A DNA stretch of 64,000 bases from a virus. Under the pieces are notes generated by a model that made no database searches, was not told the DNA's origin, and worked only from the letters and a program-made list of their open reading frames with translations. Shown piece by piece: positions 38,004-47,143 of the stretch. How positions within the stretch are numbered: the first letter of the stretch is position 1; each line of letters starts with the position of its first letter. The stretch spans positions 45,985-109,984 of the IMG/VR virus record IMGVR_UViG_3300044956_000431; one strand, 5' to 3'. Both the position numbers and the translations under genes were made by a program.

Positions 38004-39569
38004 TTAGAAGGCAGCTATGAAGGGCATGGGTTCTATGATCGTGTCTGTGTGATCGCGCAGTTGTGTATCTAACTCAGTGTGATAGCTCTGTAATACCTGC
38101 ATCATGCGCACAGCCAACACCGTGGCCATGATGAGATCGTCTGTTTCTCCCACTTTGGCCGCGTAACTGGCACCAGCCGCTATGAAAGTTTTGAGTTCAG
38201 AAACCAGCCCCGACGAGTGTATTTGCATGCGTCCAGTTTCGATAAGATTTTTCAGTTTGGCACAGGCTGCAAGTTTGGGCTTGTGGCTGGTGTTAAACCC
38301 TTTGCGATATCGGCGGCCGGACCCACCGCTGTTTTCGCTAAGAAAGTAACCCTGTATGTTTTCTTCACCGTACTCTGCAATAGAGATCAACGCCGCTTCG
38401 CCAATGGTATTGTTTTCAATGCTGAAGTAAATGTTTTTAGAATCTTTCACTGTTTCGTTGATGTGCCGGCATATATTTGATAGAATGCGCACTTGTTCAG
38501 GGATGGTGGTTCTGTTGTGTCGCCACTCGGCCACTTGCTCTGTGGTGTTGGCGTCAAAAACCTGTATGGCCGCAGGATCGCCGCCAGTGCCCAAGCTGGG
38601 ATCTAGGGCCACTACGTAAAATCGATCTTTCAAAAGTTTACGGAACCAACGCACTTGTCCGGTCTTGTACAATACATCACTGCTTTTGAGATCCAACAGC
38701 TTGACGGGTGATATCAAAGTTTCGTCATCAATGATAAACTCACAGTCCATCTCCCTACGAAAACGTTCATCGCCCAGAATGGCTCGCTGTTGATTGGCCC
38801 AGGCATCATCTCGATCCGGGTGTTCGCGCCAGAAAGCCCGGAATGCCTTGAACCCATTTTGTCCTATGCTTGTTTGGTTACCGTAGTCATCTTCTAGCTT
38901 GTTAGCCATCTTCCAGATCATGGCAAACTGATCTTCGTCTGAGTTAGGAGTTGATGTAATAATGGCTTTACCACCAGTTGACAGTGTGGGGGTGATAGAA
39001 GTCCAAAACTCTTTGGCTATGGTAGGTCGGACGAATGCAAACTCATCACAGTACAGCAAGGTTATACTCATACCACGACCTGTGTTTTCTGTAGTGGTTT
39101 GTGCTACAATACGACTACCGTTGTCAAACTCCAAACTGCCTTTGTTATAACTGGTCACGCCCGCTCGGATATGGTCTGGGCAAGCTTCGTAAGCATAACG
39201 TACACGTTGCATGATTTCCTGCGCACCCAAATACTTGTGTGCCGCGACCAAGATGGTACTATCTGGAACAAACATAGCGTACCATAAAAGATAGCCAGCA
39301 GCCGAGGTTGATTTGCCCGTTTGCCTAGGCATCATGCTGATAGAGAATCTATAACTGTGGTATATCTCTATCAGCCGACCTTGGAACTCATAGGGCTGAT
39401 ACAACATTTTTCCATGTAAGGGATGTTGGATGTAAAAGAAATGACTCATGAAGTAGGCTGGCCCTGTGACAGGATCTGCACAGTTCATGAACTCTTCAAT
39501 CTGCTGTTCGTTGTAATGATGACGCCGATGTGGAGCCTTGATCAGTACGCCTTCTAAACTCTTACTCAT
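38004..39569 (-). CDS. Terminase large subunit (T4 gp17-like)
   Basis: PRQTGKS, YCDEFAF, ITSTPN, ALDPSLG and DDLIMA. Confidence 0.95.
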   Translation of the reverse strand: MSKSLEGVLIKAPHRRHHYNEQQIEEFMNCADPVTGPAYFMSHFFYIQHPLHGKMLYQPYEFQGRLIEIYHSYRFSISMMPRQTGKSTSAAGYLLWYAMFVPDSTILVAAHKYLGAQEIMQRVRYAYEACPDHIRAGVTSYNKGSLEFDNGSRIVAQTTTENTGRGMSITLLYCDEFAFVRPTIAKEFWTSITPTLSTGGKAIITSTPNSDEDQFAMIWKMANKLEDDYGNQTSIGQNGFKAFRAFWREHPDRDDAWANQQRAILGDERFRREMDCEFIIDDETLISPVKLLDLKSSDVLYKTGQVRWFRKLLKDRFYVVALDPSLGTGGDPAAIQVFDANTTEQVAEWRHNRTTIPEQVRILSNICRHINETVKDSKNIYFSIENNTIGEAALISIAEYGEENIQGYFLSENSGGSGRRYRKGFNTSHKPKLAACAKLKNLIETGRMQIHSSGLVSELKTFIAAGASYAAKVGETDDLIMATVLAVRMMQVLQSYHTELDTQLRDHTDTIIEPMPFIAAF

Positions 39570-39607
39570 GCTATTACTTACCTAAATATGCACATATAAA
39601 TATTCTT

Positions 39608-40153
39608 ATGAGCGATACACTAATACTAGCACCGGACTATCAGCCGGTCAACTACTTGCCACTATCAACCATAGACTGGCAAACTGCTATTAAGCTGTTC
39701 TTCTTGGACAAAATCCAAGTGCTAGAATGTTATGATGATTGGATCGTACGAAGCGCCAAGCTGGAGATGCAAGTACCTGCTGTGGCCGTGACCAAAAAGG
39801 GCTTTGGCAAAAATGGCGGCATGCGTTTCAGTAGACAAAATCTATATCTGCGTGACCTGTTTACATGCCAGTACTGTGGCGATACATTCAACAGTAAACA
39901 ACTGACCATCGATCACGTGTTACCACGTGCTCAAGGCGGTACCACTTCATGGCAAAACTGTGTAGCTGCCTGCAAAGAATGTAACAGTAAAAAGAGCAAC
40001 AAGATCTGGCGCCCAAACAAAACCCCAGTAAAGCCCAACTACTGGGCCTTGGTTAACTCAGTGAAAAGTACCTACACTGGTATACGACACCCAAGCTGGA
40101 ATCTTTATCTTGGTCTCAAAGACAACGATTCTAGTATTGCCAAAAATCGCTGA
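39608..40153 (+). CDS. HNH endonuclease
   Basis: RD.FTCQYCG, TIDHVLP..QGG...W.N.V.AC..CN..K. Confidence 0.9.
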   Translation: MSDTLILAPDYQPVNYLPLSTIDWQTAIKLFFLDKIQVLECYDDWIVRSAKLEMQVPAVAVTKKGFGKNGGMRFSRQNLYLRDLFTCQYCGDTFNSKQLTIDHVLPRAQGGTTSWQNCVAACKECNSKKSNKIWRPNKTPVKPNYWALVNSVKSTYTGIRHPSWNLYLGLKDNDSSIAKNR

Positions 40154-41130
40154 TCTTTATTAATCTGGAATCTGCCTTTGAGTTCAATAAGGCGATTCCA
40201 GTTATGTTCTGTGATGTCTGTTACAGCGTTGGCAAAATCAGCAGATCCAGATTTTACAATATCTTTGACAGTGGCTACTACGCTTAGAACACGATCTTGT
40301 TCGTTGCTGATGTTGTCGTAACTCTCGTCAATATAATCACCAAATGTACGGAAACCTAGATTTTGTAGTTCTTTAAGGGCCCCAGGAACGCTCATCAATA
40401 TCAATGGCATCTTGGCTGCAATAGGGCGCAGGGTTTTTTCTGTGAACCAAGATCCTTCAGAAGTCAAAGATTCAGCCCCAACTTCAAATGCACATTGATT
40501 ATACAAATCAAGGCTTGGAACCAGGCTCTTCTGCCACATCGTAGGTGCTGAATCTTCTCCTACATAATGTATTGGGCTCGTTGTCTGACTCCAGTCCCAG
40601 TTGCCATCTCTGTGATAAATCATAACAGAGTTAGAACCAATGTTTTCCAGTTCGTTCCAAATAACGTCTCTCACATGAGCTTGTCGTCCCATAGTAATCA
40701 AGAAGTCTTTGGTTATTTGTTTTTTTGCTTTCAGTGTGACACGGCATTCAACTAGTTCAACAAATCTAGATTCTGGATCGTAAGATACTTGAATATTTTT
40801 TAACCCGTGATCAAACCAGGCCGATTCAATGATGCAAGTTATATTTTTTGATTCTGGCTCTTGGTCAAGTTCTCTCAACCATGACAGTTCGAGTTTGAGT
40901 ATCACTGGAGAATCAACATTTTCTACCAACAACACATGATTGTTTTCTAAAAGATTATAAAGTGCTGACCGTTGAGTACGCCAAGCATTTCCTAACCATA
41001 CACAGTCAGTGATAAAAATAGTATCAGTGACTTCTAAACTTTCTATTTCTGTGTAGGGGATAGCAAAGTGATTGCAGAAAAATTTCCAATGCTGTGTTTC
41101 TATAATAGGGATGATATTTATTGACTTCAT
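40105..41130 (-). CDS. Glycosyltransferase-like protein with a TEKT motif
   Basis: ESL...FTEKTLRPI...LGFRTF...IDESYD. Confidence 0.55.
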   Translation of the reverse strand: MKSINIIPIIETQHWKFFCNHFAIPYTEIESLEVTDTIFITDCVWLGNAWRTQRSALYNLLENNHVLLVENVDSPVILKLELSWLRELDQEPESKNITCIIESAWFDHGLKNIQVSYDPESRFVELVECRVTLKAKKQITKDFLITMGRQAHVRDVIWNELENIGSNSVMIYHRDGNWDWSQTTSPIHYVGEDSAPTMWQKSLVPSLDLYNQCAFEVGAESLTSEGSWFTEKTLRPIAAKMPLILMSVPGALKELQNLGFRTFGDYIDESYDNISNEQDRVLSVVATVKDIVKSGSADFANAVTDITEHNWNRLIELKGRFQINKDQRFLAILESLSLRPR

Positions 41131-41170
41131 CCTGTATATAGCAACAGGATTGTTCTTGAGTTAGATTAAC

Positions 41171-41608
41171 TTACTGACACCAACTTTGTTTTGCATCACC
41201 GTAGTATTCTCTAGCAAAACCGTTGCGGATCAGTTCACTACGTAGGCTAACACCATCCAGAACAATGTCACCCAGCACACGTCCGCCAAACTTGTCCCAT
41301 GAGTAAAGAACTACTTGATGTTTCTTTGTAGACTGCACTGCCTTCTTGGTAAACTCTGTGGCAGCTAGGCCAAGCTGATTTTCACTGTCACACTGTGCTC
41401 TGTGTCCTTTTTCGGGAGTGTCTACACCGTAGATTCTCACAGCCAGTTCGGGTTTGAGTGGTGGCGGCAAGAATGTGGCCGCAATCACAACGGTGTCACC
41501 ATCCGTGACACGAACAATTTGTGCGTCGTAGGTGGCTGAATTTTTGGGAGTTTTTTGTGCCCAGACCAGAGCTGGCAAAAGCAACAAGGTGATTAGGATT
41601 TTTTTCAT
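41171..41608 (-). CDS. Thermonuclease (SNase-like) with a signal peptide
   Basis: DGDT, VRIYGVDTPE, DKFGGRVL and NGFAREY; MKK followed by a hydrophobic stretch. Confidence 0.88.
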   Translation of the reverse strand: MKKILITLLLLPALVWAQKTPKNSATYDAQIVRVTDGDTVVIAATFLPPPLKPELAVRIYGVDTPEKGHRAQCDSENQLGLAATEFTKKAVQSTKKHQVVLYSWDKFGGRVLGDIVLDGVSLRSELIRNGFAREYYGDAKQSWCQ

Positions 41609-41618
41609 TTGTATTCCG

Positions 41619-41747
41619 TTAAGTTTGTGATTCTTCCCAGCCTAGCTTATACAACAAGTCACTGTTGGCACCAGTGTAGCTCACAGCCAGGGTCAGGGTA
41701 TATTACGCAGATACCACGGTACAACTTTGAAGGATCTGGACCGCCAT
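41619..41747 (-). pseudogene. Probable internally deleted gene remnant
   Basis: ATG 9 nt after the upstream stop; frameshifted pieces MAV/PDPS/VVPWYLRNI joined to YTLTLAVSYTGANSDLLYKLGWEE. Confidence 0.45.
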
Positions 41748-41755
41748 GTCTTATC

Positions 41756-42055
41756 TCAAGGTTGGTAGTACACTATTTCGCCTGTGGCAGGGTCAAAATA
41801 CAAGGACTGTAAACCAGTGGTGTCATTGACCACACGCACATTGCCAAGAAAAACATTTGCTCCTGTTGCCTGTATGACTTTGGTCAACTTCCCTGTGGCA
41901 TTGCCAATGTATATTTCGTTGGTATTGATATTTACCGTCATCTCTGCAGGACGAGCGTTGCCAGTGTAGTTGGCTATGCTTTCCTGAGCATTGTCCTTCA
42001 TTACTGTACGACTGATACCAGTCAAGTTATCATATGGTGGTGGAGGATTGGCCAT
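41756..42055 (-). CDS. Hypothetical protein, probably virion-associated
   Basis: 99-aa ORF, translationally coupled. Confidence 0.65.
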   Translation of the reverse strand: MANPPPPYDNLTGISRTVMKDNAQESIANYTGNARPAEMTVNINTNEIYIGNATGKLTKVIQATGANVFLGNVRVVNDTTGLQSLYFDPATGEIVYYQP

Positions 42056-42432
42056 TATTGTGGATATCCTTTAAAACCTTTGATTGGACTGACTTTGTTA
42101 CCGCCAGGCGGTTCTTCACTGCGCATATCGCCATCATTGAGATCGTCCCAGACGGCGCCAGCGGCTTTGTAGGCCATCTTAAGCATGTCTTGTTCTTCTC
42201 GTGTGTATGGTTGTGCTGTTTTTTCTTTACCAAACCAACTTTTCTTATCCATGTCAGGAACAAATGTTCCATCTGTACAGGCCGCGGCCATCATTACACG
42301 ATTAAGAGTATAGTCAGTGTTCCACTTTTCATTATCGGCAAAGGTATTCAATCCACGTGTTGGGAAACGCTTTCTTTTAGAAAGTTTTGCGTTGCCATCA
42401 GACTCTGACAAAAACTCCCATGCTCTCACCAC
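42055..42432 (-). CDS. Hypothetical protein with a capsid-targeting-like N-terminus
   Basis: (V)RAWEFLSES start; AGGAG RBS. Confidence 0.65.
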   Translation of the reverse strand: MVRAWEFLSESDGNAKLSKRKRFPTRGLNTFADNEKWNTDYTLNRVMMAAACTDGTFVPDMDKKSWFGKEKTAQPYTREEQDMLKMAYKAAGAVWDDLNDGDMRSEEPPGGNKVSPIKGFKGYPQ

Positions 42433-42438
42433 TACTCC

Positions 42439-42717
42439 TTAGGTCACGCTTTCTTGAGCAGAACTTGCTGTTCCTAACTCAAGTGCAGTAAACGGCGTCC
42501 CTGTCACAGTAACTTTGTTACCTGCTCCAGCATAAACTTCAAACACTGTGTTGGCTGGAATATTGATTGGCGCAGAATAGACATTGCCTAAGGCTGCCGC
42601 TCCACCTAAACTAGTAGCATAGGCTTGATATGTCACAGCATTGGCCCCGGTAGAGATTTGCAGTTTGTCTGTGTAAACTGTAGCATTAGCTAAACTTGTA
42701 TATACATTTGCAGCCAT
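42439..42717 (-). CDS. Small probable structural protein
   Basis: 92-aa Ala/Thr/Val-rich ORF. Confidence 0.65.
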   Translation of the reverse strand: MAANVYTSLANATVYTDKLQISTGANAVTYQAYATSLGGAAALGNVYSAPINIPANTVFEVYAGAGNKVTVTGTPFTALELGTASSAQESVT

Positions 42718-42732
42718 TTTTATTCTCTTTCT

Positions 42733-43362
42733 TTACCACGCACGGCAAGACCAATATCTTGCCTTTGTTCTTGGTCCTGGATTATCGCAGTTGTGTCTAG
42801 CACGGAAACTACGACGACGTGCAGGATTTGATTTTTTAATCTTCATTGTTTTCTGGCCAGCACGCTTGGCTGACGTACCACCATGACCAAAGTTTACTTT
42901 TTTGATGTTGCCTGAGCTGGGATCGCGCACGTACACTTTGAACTTTTTGACATCACCTCTGGTAGGCTTGCCCAGTGCAACCTTGCGCCCGTGATATTCT
43001 GCTTCTCCCATGGGATCTTGCGGACCGCTGCCTTGAGATGCAAGGTTGCCTACGTCACTGCTAGGTTCCTCCTCTGTAGGATCCTCACTGACCAACACAT
43101 CGTCCACACTCATTTCCTCATCCACACAGCTACAGGCTGCTTGCATACACACTGAACATAGGTCTTCTACATGATAGCCATAACTTTCCAGTATGGCAAT
43201 CAACTTGTCATCTGCTTCGATGCACAGTCTGTCTTCTTCCACAGCAATGATATGACTTTCCAACAAGCAATCTTCCTTGATATTGATAGCAAAGTCATCT
43301 CCCACTGCTGGATTTTCCATCCACTGCTCTGATTCAACGATGTAATCTTTTAGAGATTTCAT
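42733..43362 (-). CDS. Phage protein with an acidic N-terminus and a basic C-terminal domain
   Basis: MKSLKDYIVESE start; KKVNFG...RRRSFRARHNC...ARYWSCRAW. Confidence 0.7.
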   Translation of the reverse strand: MKSLKDYIVESEQWMENPAVGDDFAINIKEDCLLESHIIAVEEDRLCIEADDKLIAILESYGYHVEDLCSVCMQAACSCVDEEMSVDDVLVSEDPTEEEPSSDVGNLASQGSGPQDPMGEAEYHGRKVALGKPTRGDVKKFKVYVRDPSSGNIKKVNFGHGGTSAKRAGQKTMKIKKSNPARRRSFRARHNCDNPGPRTKARYWSCRAW

Positions 43363-45218
43363 GACGATTTGTACTGTTTGTAAAGACTCATCAAGTTAGA
43401 TTCCATTTCTGATTCTGAAACCTGTTGAGTTGGTACCACTGGTATGGTTGTCATGCCAGTGACTTTGTTCTTGTTCAACCCGCCTGCTATGGTCTTGGTC
43501 ATGTAGTCAGTGCTTTGCATTTCTGGCTTAGGTGCATTGGCTGCATCTTCTTCCATTTGTTCACAGCAACAATCTTGTTGTCCACACGCAGGGCATGCTT
43601 CTTTGTGTCCAGCGCCCGACCCCATGCCTGCCAGTTTCAGTATTTGTGCAAGTTTGATAGCATCTTCTTCCATTTGTTCACAGCCACAATCTTGTTGTCC
43701 ACACGCAGGGCATGCTTCTTTGTATCCAGCACCCGACCCCATGCCTGCCAGTTTCAGTATTTGTGCAAGTTTGATAGCATCTTCATCTGTGGCGTTAACT
43801 GACAGACTCTTCTTACCGTTTTCACCCATGCTCATGTTGATGCTCATGCCTTCTGACAACACTGTCTTGAGCTTGTTGTCAAAACTTTCTAAGATTTGGC
43901 CTTCGTACACGCCTTTCCCAAACACCATACCTTTTTTGCCTTTGCTGCCTGTGGGGGCAGATGCTACTGATCCGGCTACTGTGCTTTCTTCAGTTTCTTC
44001 TTTGCCTTTTTTCTTAGCCATCTTGGTAGCTGTGGCATACATGACTTCTTCGCCGCGCTCGCCATAGCGTTTTTCAAAATCGCCTTTGGATTTCTTCATT
44101 GACTTTACAAACTTTTCGCGCTTGGCCATTTCAGGCTTAGAGAGTTTGCGCTCGGGCATCATGCCTTCTTCGTCTTTTTCAACTTTCTGGCTGGCCATAT
44201 AGTCACGTGCTGTGTCAATGTAGTCCATGGCCTTGGTGATCTTGCTCTGTACCCACTCAGGTAGATTTTGGTCATCACTTAGGATGCGATGTAGTTCTTT
44301 GGCGGCTGCTTCGATTGTATGTAGTTGCTCTTTGGCCATGTCGCCTTCGCGATCATATTCGCCACGATCTACTAACTGTGTTTCATCTTCCTTCATGCGA
44401 AGTAGTTTGCTACGACCAGTTGGGCCTTTGGCGCCAAGTTTACGGCCTGAACCTTTGGGACGGCCTTTTTTCTTGTCTTTGAGATTACCGTGTTCGTCGT
44501 AGTCGTCATCAGTGGTTTCATCACGATTGGTACGATAGCCATACTTTTTGTGTATGTTGCGTTCGCTTTCAGGATCCTTTTGATTTTTAGTCATTGCGCC
44601 TTGTAGGCCTTTGAGCAATCGCATGTCTAGTTCGTCAAGACTTTCTTCACGCACTGTTTCCATATCGCCATCACCGTCAAGATCGGCTTTCTTTAATCCA
44701 GCGGCACGGGCCTTGGCCAGATTGCCTGTGAACTTGTTGCCTTCTTCCATGTCAGCTTCGTCCATCTTGTCATGTTTGGCACGAATCCGGGCCATAGTTT
44801 CTTTGCTGGCGCCTTCACGTCCGGCCTTTTGTAGGGCCCTCATGCCTGTCTCACCATATTTTTTCTTGCCTAGATAAGCCTGTAATGCACTCTCATCCAT
44901 GTCTGATTCTTCTATGCTTTCCTTGGCGCGAAGTTTTTTCAATACAGCACCAGCAACTTTTTCGCCGCGCTCGGCTGACCCATAGGCCTTACCAGCTTTG
45001 GCTGCGATAGTGGCAAAGGCTTTGCCTGGCTTGCCAATGTCTTTGCCGGCACGTGCCTTTTTAGCAGAATAGTCTCTGGTTGATTCGTCAACTTCTCCGG
45101 CAGCTTTTTTCATAGATTCTTTTTTGTTGCCGTCTTTGTCCAGATCAAGGAAGTCAGGTTTACTACCTCGACCTTCCAACAGGTTCATCTTACCTAGTAT
45201 TTCGTACATGTTGTTCAT
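43359..45218 (-). CDS. Highly charged modular protein, probably prohead core or internal protein
   Basis: Short K/R-rich modules separated by hydrophobic-x-E motifs; DxDxDG motifs; internal 39-aa duplication. Confidence 0.6.
   Translation of the reverse strand: MNNMYEILGKMNLLEGRGSKPDFLDLDKDGNKKESMKKAAGEVDESTRDYSAKKARAGKDIGKPGKAFATIAAKAGKAYGSAERGEKVAGAVLKKLRAKESIEESDMDESALQAYLGKKKYGETGMRALQKAGREGASKETMARIRAKHDKMDEADMEEGNKFTGNLAKARAAGLKKADLDGDGDMETVREESLDELDMRLLKGLQGAMTKNQKDPESERNIHKKYGYRTNRDETTDDDYDEHGNLKDKKKGRPKGSGRKLGAKGPTGRSKLLRMKEDETQLVDRGEYDREGDMAKEQLHTIEAAAKELHRILSDDQNLPEWVQSKITKAMDYIDTARDYMASQKVEKDEEGMMPERKLSKPEMAKREKFVKSMKKSKGDFEKRYGERGEEVMYATATKMAKKKGKEETEESTVAGSVASAPTGSKGKKGMVFGKGVYEGQILESFDNKLKTVLSEGMSINMSMGENGKKSLSVNATDEDAIKLAQILKLAGMGSGAGYKEACPACGQQDCGCEQMEEDAIKLAQILKLAGMGSGAGHKEACPACGQQDCCCEQMEEDAANAPKPEMQSTDYMTKTIAGGLNKNKVTGMTTIPVVPTQQVSESEMESNLMSLYKQYKSS
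43543..43784. repeat. 117-bp tandem duplication, two copies with 3 mismatches
   Basis: GCATCTTC recurs at 43543, 43660 and 43777. Confidence 0.92.
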
Positions 45219-45229
45219 TTTTGTTTTCC

Positions 45230-45829
45230 TTATCTGGCTGCGCTGTGTACAGCTGGTATTTTGTTGGTACCACCAATGGGACTCTTCTGTCCCATTGGGA
45301 AGTCGTCTGTGGTCACTGCTGGTGGTGTCTTGCCACCAGCCACTGTGAACGAACTCTTGTATGCGTTCTTGACCACTGCATGTTCTTTGGGTGCCGCAGA
45401 ATAATCTTTCTTGAGATCACGTTGCTGTTTATCTGGGGCAGGATAATCAGTATCTGTGAGAAGATTTTTGTTTTCATCATCTTGTTTAATAACTTCTGCG
45501 TCAACGCTGTCAGCATATTTTTTATCAGTCATTGCAATACGATTTGGATCTAATCCCAACAGTTGAGCTATTTGGGTGATCTGTGGAGGTGTTGCTGGAT
45601 AGTTAAAAATAACATCAACAAAAGTCATGCTCTCGTTTGGAAACTTAGGAAAATCAGGCAGGCTTTTTTGCACTGGTGTTTTCTTGGTATCGCTCATCGA
45701 CACTACATCAAACTGCTTGAGTTTTTCTTTGAATCCACTCATAAAACCTGCGGGCAAATCTCCGGCGATTTTGATGCGATAATCGTATGTGTGTTTAGAT
45801 TCTGTTAGGTATTCTGCAAAAGTTTTCAT
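45230..45829 (-). CDS. Hypothetical protein with a T4 CTS-like N-terminus
   Basis: MKTFAEYLTES start; TAAATA upstream. Confidence 0.7.
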   Translation of the reverse strand: MKTFAEYLTESKHTYDYRIKIAGDLPAGFMSGFKEKLKQFDVVSMSDTKKTPVQKSLPDFPKFPNESMTFVDVIFNYPATPPQITQIAQLLGLDPNRIAMTDKKYADSVDAEVIKQDDENKNLLTDTDYPAPDKQQRDLKKDYSAAPKEHAVVKNAYKSSFTVAGGKTPPAVTTDDFPMGQKSPIGGTNKIPAVHSAAR

Positions 45830-45853
45830 ATTTAACCCCTATATCATATTTAC

Positions 45854-46336
45854 CTATGCTGGCTTCTTTGGTTGTTCGCGACGCAACAAGCGTTCCAATA
45901 GTTCGTTACGATCCAAGATATGCCCTGTGCCTGTTGTAACTTGAGGATTGTCTGAATCTTGATCCATCTTGGCTTTTTGTAGTTGAAGTTGTATCATTTT
46001 TAACTTCTTATTCATCTTGGCTGTTTTGGCAGTGATAGCATGTCCCAGCATGGCACCGGCCACAGCAAAGATTTCACTGGCATAGCGACTGTCTACCTGC
46101 ATGCCCAAGTCCATGAGACTGTCATAGCTTTCCGTGGCTTTTTTGGCCAGCTCGTCCATTTCGGTATCTGATGCTTCAAGGCCGCGCACTGCCGGTAGTG
46201 CAGATTCGATCTTGTCTAAGGTAGCCAAGGATTCGGGCAGTATGGGTAGATTTCCCTCTACGTCGTTACCAGGGTGCGCAGGATCAGTATCATCTTGCCC
46301 TGGCAAATCAAAAAGTTCTTCAAGTTTGCGTGTCAT
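45854..46336 (-). CDS. Probable terminase small subunit (gp16-like)
   Basis: Size, helical core YDSLMDLG...RYASEIFAVA and position in the packaging/head region. Confidence 0.45.
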   Translation of the reverse strand: MTRKLEELFDLPGQDDTDPAHPGNDVEGNLPILPESLATLDKIESALPAVRGLEASDTEMDELAKKATESYDSLMDLGMQVDSRYASEIFAVAGAMLGHAITAKTAKMNKKLKMIQLQLQKAKMDQDSDNPQVTTGTGHILDRNELLERLLRREQPKKPA

Positions 46337-46352
46337 GTGGGTATTTACCGCA

Positions 46353-46787
46353 TTATTTCTTGCCGTTGCGGAAGATATCGTCTTCGGTTATCACACGAAA
46401 CTGAAGCCCTTGCCTGCGGCACCATTTGGTTGCCGCATCCCACTTGGCATAGTTTACAGCAACGATAGCACGATCTCGAACAGATGCTTTGCTTTCTAAT
46501 ACACTTTGTTTTTTGGGCTTGATTTCGATTAGCTCAGTTTTTACAGTATTATCTTTGGTGCGATACTGGATGAGAAAGTCAGGAATATAGTTGGTCATCT
46601 TGCCTGTCAGCGGATTGCGGTAGGGTATCGATATTGACTCACTGGCCCAACCCACAATGCTGTCATTGTTGTCACAGAAACGCATAAAGGCCTGTTCCCA
46701 ACCTGAACGATATTTGGGCTTGCCTTTGCCTAAATACTTTTGTGAGTTGCGTACTTCAAAGAAACCCTGTGTGTAGTTCCTGCTCAT
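46353..46787 (-). CDS. Head completion nuclease (T4 gp4-like, TnsA-like fold)
   Basis: YRSGWE..FM.FCD, WASE, IPY, YIPDF, IEIKP and N.AKW.AA. Confidence 0.88.
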   Translation of the reverse strand: MSRNYTQGFFEVRNSQKYLGKGKPKYRSGWEQAFMRFCDNNDSIVGWASESISIPYRNPLTGKMTNYIPDFLIQYRTKDNTVKTELIEIKPKKQSVLESKASVRDRAIVAVNYAKWDAATKWCRRQGLQFRVITEDDIFRNGKK

Positions 46788-47143
46788 GGTAGAACATTAC
46801 GGGCCGCATAGAAGTTTGGAGTGACCAAAGCATTTATACCCAACAAGGTGGCATTGCTACGCTGATTGTTGAGATAGTAACACAGAGTGGCTGTTAGTTG
46901 TAGTTGATCCTTTCCTTGTATTTCTGCCAGAAGCTCCATTATTGGACGTTTGGAATACTCAGCCACTTGGAACAGGCTAACCGTAAAGTTCTGCGCGGCT
47001 AGCTTATTTTTGAAAACACGATTGAAATAGCTGAGCACAGCATCGTATTGGTCCACTGGTACGTCTGATTCAAACACATAGAATCGATCAAATACCTTGA
47101 CCGTGGTATCAATTTTTGGATCACTGTAGTTTACTGATGTCAT
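46784..47143 (-). CDS. Hypothetical virion-region protein
   Basis: 119-aa translationally coupled ORF. Confidence 0.7.
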   Translation of the reverse strand: MTSVNYSDPKIDTTVKVFDRFYVFESDVPVDQYDAVLSYFNRVFKNKLAAQNFTVSLFQVAEYSKRPIMELLAEIQGKDQLQLTATLCYYLNNQRSNATLLGINALVTPNFYAARNVLP

